Shown one piece after another: positions 49,894 to 62,300 of a DNA stretch of 64,000 bases. Within the stretch, counting starts at the first letter, position 1, and the number at the start of each line of letters is the position of its first letter. The notes beneath the pieces are model-generated. The model saw nothing but the letters and a program-made list of their open reading frames with translations, did not search any database and was not told where the DNA came from. The DNA is from Owenia fusiformis (lineage: Eukaryota): assembly GCA_903813345.2 (NCBI GenBank), contig CAIIXF020000001.1:28458001-28522000 (forward strand), in the 5' to 3' direction. A program made the position numbers and the translations under genes.

Positions 49894-52249
49894 GTTCTGG
49901 CGGTTCTTCCATTAAACCGACCACTCCTTGCTTGGTCCTTGGAAACACAGTGATCACCTTTAGGCGGTCAGATGTTTTAGGACAGGGACCAAGCCAACGA
50001 TTGTGCAAACCGAATGAATGCCTTGTAATTTGTCAGGGCACACATGATCGATATATTACGAGGCATACGTAATACGTAATGTTTTTGGGTAGAGGCCTAG
50101 TTCAGATGATTATATCTCCAGGTATATGACAGGAAATAATAATATGCCCCCAAGTGGAGTTGAACTCCCCTCTGCAACAATCGAAGCAATTTAAGATACA
50201 GATTGTGGTGAAGCGTTAAATGCATGACGCCAAAGGAATTCAAGCAAACAACTGTGGTCGTATGGGCTGATATTGTTTTGAGTCATGCCTTGGGCAAGAA
50301 GCCATCGGCAATTCACCAAACGTTCACTGTTTAAAATCACCATCAAAACACTCAAATAAACCAGCTATAAAAGGTCAACTTTACTTCACATAGCAATAGA
50401 TAACATGACCTGCTGAAATGAATTAGTTTTGGCCATGATAATAAATGTAACATTATATGTCATTTTGATAGCATTCGTCTGGTTCTTTTATTGATGCTAT
50501 TATTTGGGTTTCATTAAGGAGGCCATGTGAAGTCACATAAAGTAGCTACGTTTACATTTTGGCTTATCATCCATAGAACGTATGGTTATATAGAGAGAAG
50601 TGGCTACGTTTTCATCGTACCTAAAATGCACGATATTGTTGTGTTGCTTGGTGAGCGGACGGTGGAGTCTATTTTTTGTTGGTTGTGTCTCCTTTCAGGC
50701 AAACGTTTGACGGGTTGACATGTGATTTTCAGGGATGATTTTGGAGTTCAAATCTAAGACTTATGATGTTCTGAATATAATTTATGTATGAGAGTATTAA
50801 GTATTAGTTGATTCGAATGTACGATATTGTTCACTGTGTGTCTCGTGATGTAAAAGCGATTAGTCCATTTGAGAAATGACAAATACCGATAATTCTTTTT
50901 TGAAATAAAAACAAAGTCAAAAGTGAAACACCATTGGTTCATTGTCAACTGCTCATCATCTCTCAACACTTATGACATTACTACTGAAGTATACAATAAG
51001 GGGATTGTAAAAAAAAGTAACAGATTTTTGGTGACAAGACTTATCCATACCAGTTTACGTGACCAGTTTATCATGATCAATGTGAGTGTATCTTAATTTG
51101 CACATGAATAAGTTTTTATTTAACCTTGTCAAAAGGTCACTTTTCGTTTGCCATTCATCAGTCTGAACTCTGAATATTGGCAAACTTAAAAAGGTGTTGG
51201 ACAAAGACAAATGTCATTTTTCACGGATCATAGTTAGGTTCGTGCCAAAAGTACATAAATGTATATGCATTTATTCAAATAGGTTTAATAGAATGTTATT
51301 TCATTGAGAGTTTATTACATTTATCTATGCATATGATCTTGCTGACATATACCATGCCTTTTACTATGTTGTAGGTTGTACCCACTGGCATGTAGCGGCC
51401 CTGATATCGATAAATTCTACACGCAATATAACCAGATTTTAGATGCTTGGTTAAAACTTTACACGAAAAAGCCTCGATATCCGGGCATTTACTCTTACAC
51501 TGAACTGAAAATAGCATCGTCTAAACGTGCATGTCTTGGCTTCCGGGAAAGTTTATCAACATTTATACTCAATTGAAAGAGCAGTCGTGCTTATATCGTG
51601 TACCAGTTTGATTGTTTTATATGTGTGTGTATTTATAATATGATAGCCTAGTAATACCGTGTCGTTAGAACAAGTGCTAGATATCGAACTGATGACCTGA
51701 AATTAGATTATTGGACTGATCGCGCATCTGATATTAGATGATTAATTTGCATTGAATCTGATATTAACTTGCAACCCAATACCACAGTAAATACCAAGAC
51801 TTTACATTAGAATGATAACACGGCCTCATATTCTAATTCATTATACGTCCATTGCAGGCCAAAAATGTTTCAATGTGGATATTGTAATGCACACGAGAAT
51901 ACATTCGATTCGTATATATTGATCATACATCAATTGAACATGGAGATTTTCCTGTACACTTTTCCCAAACATGTGGAATAGACTAGATGCGAGTAGAAAT
52001 TATCTTGATTTATCCTATGCCAAGTAGGGTTTTAGGGAGATAAGTTGGTAAGATATATCCCGTATCCTGATTTTGAGGTTTCCATATCAAGAACCTCCAT
52101 ATCTCCCGTCATATCTCCCGCTTCGGTGCATATCTTCCCGCTTCGGGGCGTATCTTCCCGCTTCAAAAAAAGTGGAAATGCAATAAAATGACTTTGCATA
52201 TGAATGATTTGTTTATTTTTTACACCTTGTACTACTGAAAACTCTACTT

Positions 52250-54115
52250 GGTATAGGATAAAGCAGTTATGTACGGTCGGTTTGGATATTGGGTTCATCC
52301 CTCGTGAGATATGCACATCTACTTTCTGTCCCTACGGTCCCTCAGGTAGATATGCATATCTCCCTCTGGAAAAACCCCATATCCAAAACCTCCCAGTACA
52401 TAACCCTTATTTATCCCATGGTTACAAGGATATATATCGAATATCACGTGAAGATATAATTGATACGTGGATGAAGATATCATATTTTAGCAAACAATTC
52501 CCAAATCATCGAATATCACTTTTGAAACCATCGAATATCACTTATTGAAAGGTGATATTCGATGGTTTCAAAAGTGATATGCGATGGTTTCAAAGGTGAT
52601 ATTCGATGGTTTTGATTTTTTCAATTTTTTTTATTAATTCAGCAAAACGATTGTTTATATATTTATTATATATTTTTATTTTTTGGGATCTTGTTTTTAC
52701 GGCGTTCGCATTAAATACACACCACTCTGTTACGTCACGTATATGACGTTCGTTGAATTATCGCAATCAAAATGTCAGACGAAATGGAATTTCCATTGCA
52801 ATTTATCTGACTATTCAATGTTCACTGGATAATTCCCAATCGGATAAACGGACAAACCTATGGTTTTTCAAAAATATCACTTATATCCACTCATGGATAT
52901 CAGTATCTTCACTCATTCGCTGCGCTCACTCGCGAAGATATCAATATCCACTCATGGATATAAGTGATATTTTTTCAGAGCCATAGGATATTCCTACATT
53001 ATTCCATAGTTAGCATGATATCCATAGGATAACATGTCAAAATAAAAACGGTATTTTTGAAATCAGTGGTAAAATATGATATTTTTGGCAAATTTTCACT
53101 TAACCATAGCATACGGTGTTTTAGCCATGACATACGGCGCCGTATGCCATGGTTTATGGATTTTTGCTACTTCAGACTCAAAACGAGGCTAAGTGTCAAT
53201 ATCGCCGTATCGTTTGGAAAATACATTTTAAATCACTTAATTCCCGACGATTCTGATGATGACTTTAACTATGGAATATAAAGAACATCCTATGATTTAC
53301 TCGTGATATGATTTTAATCCACTCATGGATGTTGATATCTGCACTCTCCCGCTACGCTCACTCGTGCAGATGTCATATCCATTCGTGGATAAAGATCATA
53401 TCACTCATAAATCATAGGATATCCTCTATTTAAGATGTGATATTCGATAGTTTAAAAGTGATATTCGATGGTTTGTAAATTGTTTGCTAAAATATGATAT
53501 CTTGATCCACATATCAAATATATCATCATGTGATATTCGATCTATATCCTCCTTGCAACCATGGGATAAAGCTTTACGTCCCGCTCCAAGCGGGCAGATA
53601 TAGTATATCTGCCCGCTACGTCATAATCGCCGCTTGCATATTTGTTCATAATTTGTAACGTTCGCGGAATGACTGTAAACGGCAATGGAGAAAACACAGA
53701 CAATCAGGGTCTGTTTGATAGTTAAAAAAGGAAAGAGCATCCACTTAATCAATAAAAAATTCGAGAAAATAAATATGGGAATATTTGAGAGAACATGAAA
53801 ATCCGCCCACGGCCAAGAAAACAAAACTGGACATGAATATTCTAAAATGTTTCCACGATTTAACAATGTGAACCAGATGACCAAGATTGGTATGGGATAA
53901 ACATATTATCCTATAGTCGCGGTTCAGGATATTGGGATTATCCCTTGGCCAATATATAGGGGTTATGCAATTGGAGGTTTTGGATACAGGGAATATCCCG
54001 AGGGATATACAATATATCTTCCCGAGAGACCGAAGGGACCAAGGGAAGATATATTATATATCCCTCGGGATATTCCCTGTATACAAAACCTCCAAGTGCA
54101 TAACTGTTGTATATA
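52250..54115. repeat. Cluster of nested palindromic/hairpin repeats (unclassified DNA elements)
   Basis: Long inverted pair TTTATCCCATGGTT..(52410) / ..AACCATGGGATAAA (53570); hairpins at ~52264-52403, ~52860-52985, ~53285-53425, ~53951-54103; 21-bp GTGATATTCGATGGTTTCAAA subrepeats. Confidence 0.65.
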
Positions 54116-55756
54116 GTTTACCATGATATGTACTTCTTTCTGTAACTGGAATACGATTCTAATATACAAGCAGCACATACGTATTCCCGGGGAACCATAA
54201 ATATTTTGTGTAGGGTGTGGACATTTTTCTTTTCATTTCTCTAAAATCAGACTATTCTCATAAAATTCATACAAAGTTGGGCCTAAGCCTCTATTTTCGT
54301 ATTCTGCATCTTAAGATATTTATAATGTAAAACCTAAGAGATAAATTCAATGTCTTCAGTTGAGAATAAGTGTAAGGTAAATGTGTGAATTCTGCTTGTT
54401 GTTGCACTATTTTTATAATAAACAAGGTTCGATACGCAACACTGAATAGACTGCAGTCATAGCTTAGTTGTAAAGAAAACAAAAGAAGTTGGGACGTGGT
54501 CATGCTTGAATACGATTTTAAATATATCGCCGTTTACATTTGTTGAAATCGGCCTGTATTGATTTCAACAGGTGATCGGTGTACAAGGGCATATATTTGA
54601 GTTATTGGTTTAACGATAAGTATGACCTATGAGTGGGTAATGTTTTACAAATGCATGAAACAAATACTCCAATGGCCTAATCTCAATTTTCCTGCATAAA
54701 CTATTACATTGAAATGATGGTCATTTGCTCTCTAACTTCCGCACCGCATACGTAACTTCGTAACAATTCAATAAGCCAAGACAGGACCGCTATAATCGCT
54801 ACATGCCAGTGCAAGGAGGATTGGCTCCCAGGATCGAAACTCGATATTTTCCAACAATGAAAACGTCGAAATGTCGTTATTTTCTGAAATTAAAACCGAC
54901 TATAAATTCAAAATAAACAGTTCAAAAGATTCGAACCAATATCTCGATCATTTCTTGTGAGTTTTGGAATTTTTCGTTTGGAAATAAGACCAAAATTCAC
55001 GATTTAAATGTTGAAGTGAACAAAATGGCGGCTGTTTGAATTCGAATTTTGTATTACGACATACCCATATATGGGACAGAATATCGGTGGTGCACTCTGG
55101 GAGCCAATCCTCCTTGATGCCAGTGTGTACCATCGTATAGCCGATGGGCTTTTTTAGGATGAGTAACCTTTCTGCCAATTGCCAGATTGCCCCCTCTCTT
55201 TCAAAACGACTAATTAGGCCTACCTGTATAACATGTACACAAGTGCACCTTATGCCTAATAAGGCCCCGTTTATTTGACCACAAAAGAAATAAAAATTAT
55301 CTTTGGGGGAGCAAAATCTGTTAATTTGAAGTGTTTAAAATGTACATAATGTGACGTAATTGAAAACTCATTTTTATTCAGTCGAGGCCAATAAGAGCCA
55401 TCATTAGATATCATTAGATATCATCTCTAGTTCAAAACCAGAACGATGTGATGAGTTTTGAGTATCAGGATGAGTAAGACCCATTCGTATATGTCTCTGG
55501 GTAAAAGAACAGAATCATAAACAACCCGGATGACCCGAGGCACATACGTACCGCGGAGGAGTATACATATTCGACAATGTCCCTGTCATTTAATCTGGAA
55601 GAGTTTACCTTTTCTTCCCAACTCTTGGGAGGAAATACTTGAAGCTATTCTGGGTAAAAATACCCCTTTCCTCAAGGATATACAATGTTCCTCTTCATAT
55701 GTGTTGATCATACTTGACCCATTGTTTTCTACTTTCTGATTTCCATGTATTTGCAG

Positions 55757-58677
55757 CGTATGTTCTCAGAGACAGACACCTCAGGAGATGGCCTCATATC
55801 ATTTGACGAGTACATGCTTGCCATGGGTTTCACTCTTACACTCGCACACAAGTAAGCACTAGTCATAAGTTGATCTTCATTAAAAGGCAGAATCAGATCT
55901 ATATGATCAAATGGTACAAAACAATTAGACAGGTTCCACTGTATAGCTACATTTCATAATCAGTCGTAATTATGCCATAGACATTTAAGTCAGAATTGGA
56001 TTGCGTAAATATATGTCATTATGACACTGGTCTATTTCCATTGATAAAAGCAATAATTGCGTATTTTAGGGGTGAGAGTTTGCGAAGAATCTTCTACGAG
56101 ATAGATGAACAAAATACTGGGAAAATATATTATACCAAAATAGAGGAGGTTTTAGAGGTGAGAGTGCCTAAGGCTGTACTTATTCAAGCATTTAAAAAAG
56201 ATACAGTAATGTCCAGGAATAAAAAAAACATTCGATCGAGTAGTAGCCTTGCCCAAGTCGGTCTGTTTTACTTATCTTGATTTCTATTATGACCGAACAT
56301 CTGATAAGTAAAAAATACCGAGTTGGGCAAGGCTAATCGAGTAGTTGCATTCTTATTTCTATTCGCACAAGAAGCACCGTGCATGCATGCTATCGATTGA
56401 AAAAACGTTTTTTCAATGAATTGTAATTGTATTGTTTCAATGTATTGTATTGTATTGTATCGTAGTGCATTGTAGTATTTGTATTTCAATGCATATACCA
56501 GTTTGATTTTCATATCTTGGTAATCAAGCTGATTCCACTGAATCATGAATATCACGTGTCTTTAGTATTCATTTATTCATGATCACCCGTATTTAAAAAC
56601 AAAGTTACAGATAACATGCATATACACTCCCCTCCATAAGTTTGCCAACCTTAGCTCCCTCATTGAACTAGGTGTTAAAGCCTCTTTATGTTTGAATTTT
56701 TATTTACATAACCTGTGAAAAAAAATACTTATATTGATGGAAATGACTTGACTTCATTTCCAATGCCTCCAAATTTTCCCAGTTTTTTCCTCAATTACAA
56801 TAGGTCGGAAATTGATGATAAATTTGAGATTTTTTGAAAATCGTCATTCCCATGTAAACCAATTGGAAATGGTGAGTCCGGTGCAGATTTATCGTCAGTT
56901 TTCGACCAATAGTAATTGAGAAAAATGGGAAAATTTGGAGGCATTGGAAATGAAGTCAAGTTACATTCCCAAGAATAGTAAAGTGTTTTCTTCACAGGTT
57001 ATGTATAAATGAAAATTCAAACATAATGAGGCTCTAACAGGTAGTTCAATGAGGGAGCTAAGGTTGCCAAACATATGGAGGGGGGTGTAATTAAACCATT
57101 ACAAGTATGATCTAATAATGCATTTTAAACATTATATATGTGTCTAATATGCTAATTGCCAGCGTACGTAGTATCAGCTACTGATTGCCAATGTGTAGAT
57201 ATAAGGGAGTTTAAACTTGCATATAAAGTCGAAACGCCAACCTATACGTCTGACCAATCGCCCATACAGATGCATTGCTTAAACATTTTCCGTTCACGTT
57301 CAGGTTGTGAAAAACATTGCAAGCTTAAACTCCCTATTGTTGAGCAAACGCAGGTCATTATAACTTACTCGAGTCTCTATCTTGGCTAGAAGTAATTTCA
57401 TCTGGAACACCGTGAACCATTTGAAAAAAGCTGGCCGTAAATTTATTAAATATTTTAAAAATCGCCAGATAAATAAATCATGAATAAAAATGGAATTGGC
57501 TGGGCTCCTTGATGCTATATTGCATGATTTCGTCTAAAATCAAAATAAACAGCTCCAAGAAAAATGGCGATATTCGAAAACTGGACAAAATGTCGTTATT
57601 GTCTGACATTAGTAACTTATAAATTCTAAGTTAGCTATCCAGAAGATGTGAATTAATACATTGATCACTCCATATGTGTCTTGGAATTTTTGGTGAGGTA
57701 ATAAGACCAAAACTCGCAATACAAATTGTGATGTGGAAAAATGGCGAACTTTTGATTTCAAATTTTATGATTACGACATGACCAAAATACAGCAGTAAAA
57801 AACATGCAGGGATTTAGCTTTGGACAAAGGCCATGATATAGTGGCCACGATACAGTGGTCTTAGAAGAAGGTAAATAAGAACCACACTATTTTCAGTGCA
57901 ATCGTGCATCCATACCTCGTAAGAAACGCACTGAGTAAACTGCCAAAATGAAAAATGTCAAATTGAATTCTTAACTGGTTGTTATGTTCTTATTTCTGAC
58001 ACGTTCTCCTTTCTAATGGTATATTCATAACCTGGGGCAAATATCGTCATTTCAATCTTCGTTTCCTCAATTGCTTGTAATTTGATACTATTCGCGCATA
58101 AATAACCTGAATTCAGTTTTATACAATTTCCCAGGCATACCTGAAACTTCATAATGACTTTGTTGATAGATGCGAATATGAATGAATGCAAATGTTACTA
58201 ATAAACTAAAAAACAATTATTTATTGAGAATATTGCATTCACGTATGCATGACATTCCTGCTCTACATGTAGTAAAATAGTGCATATAGGTAACTTATGA
58301 AATTCTCTGTATTTAAACGAAATGGATTGCATAAATTCTTAATTTCTGCCCCATTAGCTGATTTACATAATAATCAAACAAAATTGCTCAGTATTCCTTG
58401 TGTCTAAAATGATGTTCCTTTGTGCATCATTGTTGCTATTTTATGTTACGCTACGCTAGGTTACGTTGCGACGTTACCGTATGTTATGGTATATCGCAAA
58501 ATGAATCATCTATCAATGAATATATCATGTTTCCAGGAACTTAAAAGACATTTCTTCCGAGCTGACATTAAACGAATCAGAGAGAACGCCTTGTTGATGA
58601 AGGATTCTGAGGGATACATTGATTATGAAGAATTCCTGAAAAAGGTAATACCTCATTCCAACGACTTGGTAGAGTAA
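55757..58677 (+). CDS. EF-hand gene, shared exons encoding EF-hands 2-4 (calmodulin-like)
   Basis: Exons 55757-55851 (RMFSETDTSGDGLISFDEYMLAM, phase 0 to 2), 56070-56157 (LRRIFYEIDEQNTGKI, phase 2 to 0), 58537-58644/58677 (KDSEGYIDYEEFLKK). With exon A or B and stop at 58677 the product is 151 aa. Confidence 0.8.
56625..57087. mobile_element. Tc1/mariner-type foldback MITE (intronic)
   Basis: TA|CACTCCCCTCCATAAGTTTG ... CAAACATATGGAGGGGGGTG|TA; inverted arms ~170 bp. Confidence 0.85.
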
Positions 58678-58768
58678 AATGTGATTAAACGTGTTTGATA
58701 TGAACTGAATGCTCTTGTAGATCATTAAGTAAAGACTAAATAGAGTAAATGAAATTGGATTAATTAAG

Positions 58769-58924
58769 GATTTAAGCCTTGGACTCAGTGCATTATGTGC
58801 TGAACCATTCCACGAAGATGTTGTTTCCAAATCTTAACATGACCCCGCAGGGGAATGCAAAGTTTAGGAAACAACATCTGAGTGGAATGAAGCAGCCATA
58901 ATGCATTGCGTTTTGGGCTTAAAT
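58769..58924. repeat. Hairpin repeat
   Basis: ATTTAAGCC..TGCATTATG..CATTCCAC..AGATGTTGTTTCC mirrored by GGAAACAACATCT..GTGGAATG..CATAATGCA..GGCTTAAAT; centre CCCCGCAGGGG. Confidence 0.65.
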
Positions 58925-59348
58925 TCATTTCACACATTGCAAAGTATTTTCTTTAAAATCACCTAAAAGATACAAAATCACTAAGAAAGGTCAAGTATTG
59001 GAAAACTCAATTTCAATCTCAATCGCTTAAGATATTTCACACACTGTTCATTATGTGATCTACTCTGTTCTGGTTGGCTGGAATCGGACACACCTTGCCT
59101 AGCTATGTGGGAATATAATATTAATCATTTCACTGAGCGAAATGAAAATGATTATTTTACATTTTATTCTAATGTTTGTATGTATTTTATGTAGTGTATG
59201 TATGTATTTTGTTGTTCAAACAATGACATGGGCATTTCTGATCTTTCAATAAGCACGAGTTGTTCAAAAGGGTCATGTAACATTTTGAAAAATAGAAGTA
59301 AATCATTAAACTATAGTTGTACATTGTCTTGAATATACTCTATTTCAG

Positions 59349-62300
59349 CTTATGTCAATGAAGATTATCATCATCGAGGATTTTAAACAGACAGGAGGAC
59401 GGTATTCTATTGAGAAACGCAAAACGGAGTCCAACATTACAACAGTTGTCACCGAAACGACCACTACGAGAAGGACCTTCAACGAGGAAGAGATCGAAGA
59501 GACACAAACAAAAGCCCTCAATGGAAATGCCCAGGATGCTGTTGAAGAAACGGTTCTCACCTTATTTAATATTTTTAATCTATTGAAATACTTTTATCAG
59601 ATCAGATGTACAATTTTGTTGGTTATGTTTTTGAGTACTTTCAATAGTCAATTATGTTTATAATATCCAAAAGTATTTTTATTGAAGTCACTTATATTTA
59701 CTTTTATTTCAACAATTGTTAATGGACAGTCATTCCAACAACGAGAAAAGAATACCTTTGATTCATTGATAGTTTTTCAATAGATCACCGTCCAGAAGGC
59801 AAACGTCGTAGAGGCTAAAATATCTGAACCATGCGTTACAAAAACTACTACAATTAGCATGACTAGCGAACAAAACAACAACAAAAATGGTAAGATTATC
59901 TCGTCCACACATCTACATGTGTATTATTTGCTTATGCTCATCGGAAGAGGGCTAAGCTTGGTTTATAATTCTTATCTTAATATGTTCAGCTTGAGAAACA
60001 CTTCTTATTGCTAGAATGACAGTAGAACTTACACGTAGCTTTTCAATATTATTACTGGTAGAATTGTCTTCTTTATTTGCATTTTCTAGTAGCGTGTAGG
60101 TCTGATGGTCTTTATCGCTTTAGTAGTTTCATGTTAGACTACGAGAGGTGATCACAAAGCTCTAATAATATAACTTTTTTAGTTTTCAATATATTCTCAA
60201 AACTTTATGTGTTGTAACTGTTACAAATGATCATGTGAATTGTGCTTTGTCATACGGGATGTTAACATGCTTCGTTTGATTCCAAGAAAAAGCTTATGAT
60301 CCAAAAAGGACTGACTAAGTACAATAAGTGCAGCTTTTTTAAGAAAAATAAAATCATAATGCTGAAAAATTTTGTTGAGCTTATAAATTCTTTGTCCAGA
60401 CTAAAGATCTCAAGCAACTATACGGCGAAGATATGAACAAAATTACGGTCAAAATCCCTGTATGGTCTGAACATTAAAAAAACTACACCAAATATTTGGA
60501 CATTTGGCAAAATAGTCACGGGATCTGAAATCATTATAAACAGTGAACAGCACATAGTACTTCACATTTTGATTTGATTATTGATAGCTTATTTGATAAT
60601 GTATTATTTGTTGAATCATGGGTAATGGGGGTCAATTTAACTAGTGTTTATAATGAGCATTTGGTCCTAAGAATTTGGGTTACTTGGGTGGCAACCATTT
60701 TCAATTGAATATTTCTATTATGCTAAATCTATATTGTTCGACTTATAGCCTATTGTATGTTTACATTCTGTAAAAATGTCAATAGAATATTTTGGAAACC
60801 CAAAATTTCAGAGATATTCTGAGAACTTTATGATCACCCCTCGTAGATGTTTGATTGCATGTTGGATTTAGATATTAGTAAATATTTGTAGTAATGATGT
60901 AGCATGATGGTATATATATATTGATTTGATAGTTCTATCATATCTGTCATATTGTTTATATAATTGTTACATTAACAAGATAAAATGTCACATACCCCAT
61001 TACAATACCCTTTTCCCCAAGTTGACAACGTAACATTAGAAATTAACATAGTCGATGAACAATATAGTATATTAGTTGTACCAAAATGGGAAATTTTATT
61101 CTCGGTGCAATGTATGCCATTTTGTTTCTCACTTTCATCCCCCTAACTTTCTCTGTTAAAGCCGGTGCCTCGTCTGTTGGAGAGGCTAGCACTGTGCCCA
61201 AGGAGGTGAGGATGGGTGTAACGGCAGTAAATGTTAAACGTTCTAAACAATCAAACAAAGAACAGGAAGATCAAACCTCTACTGTTAATGTAGAATCATC
61301 AGACACTATTGACATTCAAGATAGTTCTACTCTTACAGCTAGCACATTGGAAACCAAGGAAATTAAGTTACCTTCTAAACCATGCGTTGCTACTACAGAA
61401 ATAAAACAAATAAGAAACATTAAACAAGACATCAGTGAAAGTGATAAGGCATTAATGATAGAGGTAATGGAGGACCTTTTAGGTAGTGACAACGAGGAAG
61501 ATACTGACACAGTCAAAATGACTGCTGTGGATGATGGTTTGCAGCCAAAGTTGCCTTCTGAGCCATGTATGACATCAGTCACTGTGACAACGGAAGATAC
61601 GACTACCGTAGGAACATCTGTGGATGGAGATGAATTGGCTACAACTAAAGATGAAAAGGGACCAGATTTATCTGACTCTGATAAGAAGTTAATGACAGAG
61701 GTGTTGTCTGAGTTGATTGATGATACATCTGACGATGGAACCACAGCACAACAAGATGATATAAAAGTCACAACAGAAGTTACAATTACAACAACCGAAC
61801 AAATTACTACTAACGTTGAAGTAGCCAGCGGTATAGGGTTGACTGAGACACAAACATTTACACAAGATGAAACAGCCCCTATAGAAACTGCGCAAGAGGC
61901 AGTTGAAACACCACCAGAAATTCCCTCTGACCAAGAAAAAGATGAGGAGCAAGAGGTTTCAGCAAGAATATCTAAAATGGGGAGCATTAATTTTGACGAT
62001 GGAGACATCACACAATCAACAGTTGTTGTTGAAACTACAAAAACAACAAGTACAACAAAGGAACTCATAAATGACACTGTAGATGCAAAAATTGACAACA
62101 TTGAACCAGAAGAAAAGGAGATTACAGCAGATGTCCAACAGGAGCTTCTTTCCCAACAAAACGTAGTGGAGGTCAAAATGATTGAAGTTCAGCAAGAAAT
62201 ATCTGAAATAAAAGAAGCAAAAGCAGGTGACATAAAAGATGAAACAGTTGATGTTGAAACTACAAAAACAACAATTACAACTAAGGAACTCATAAATGAC

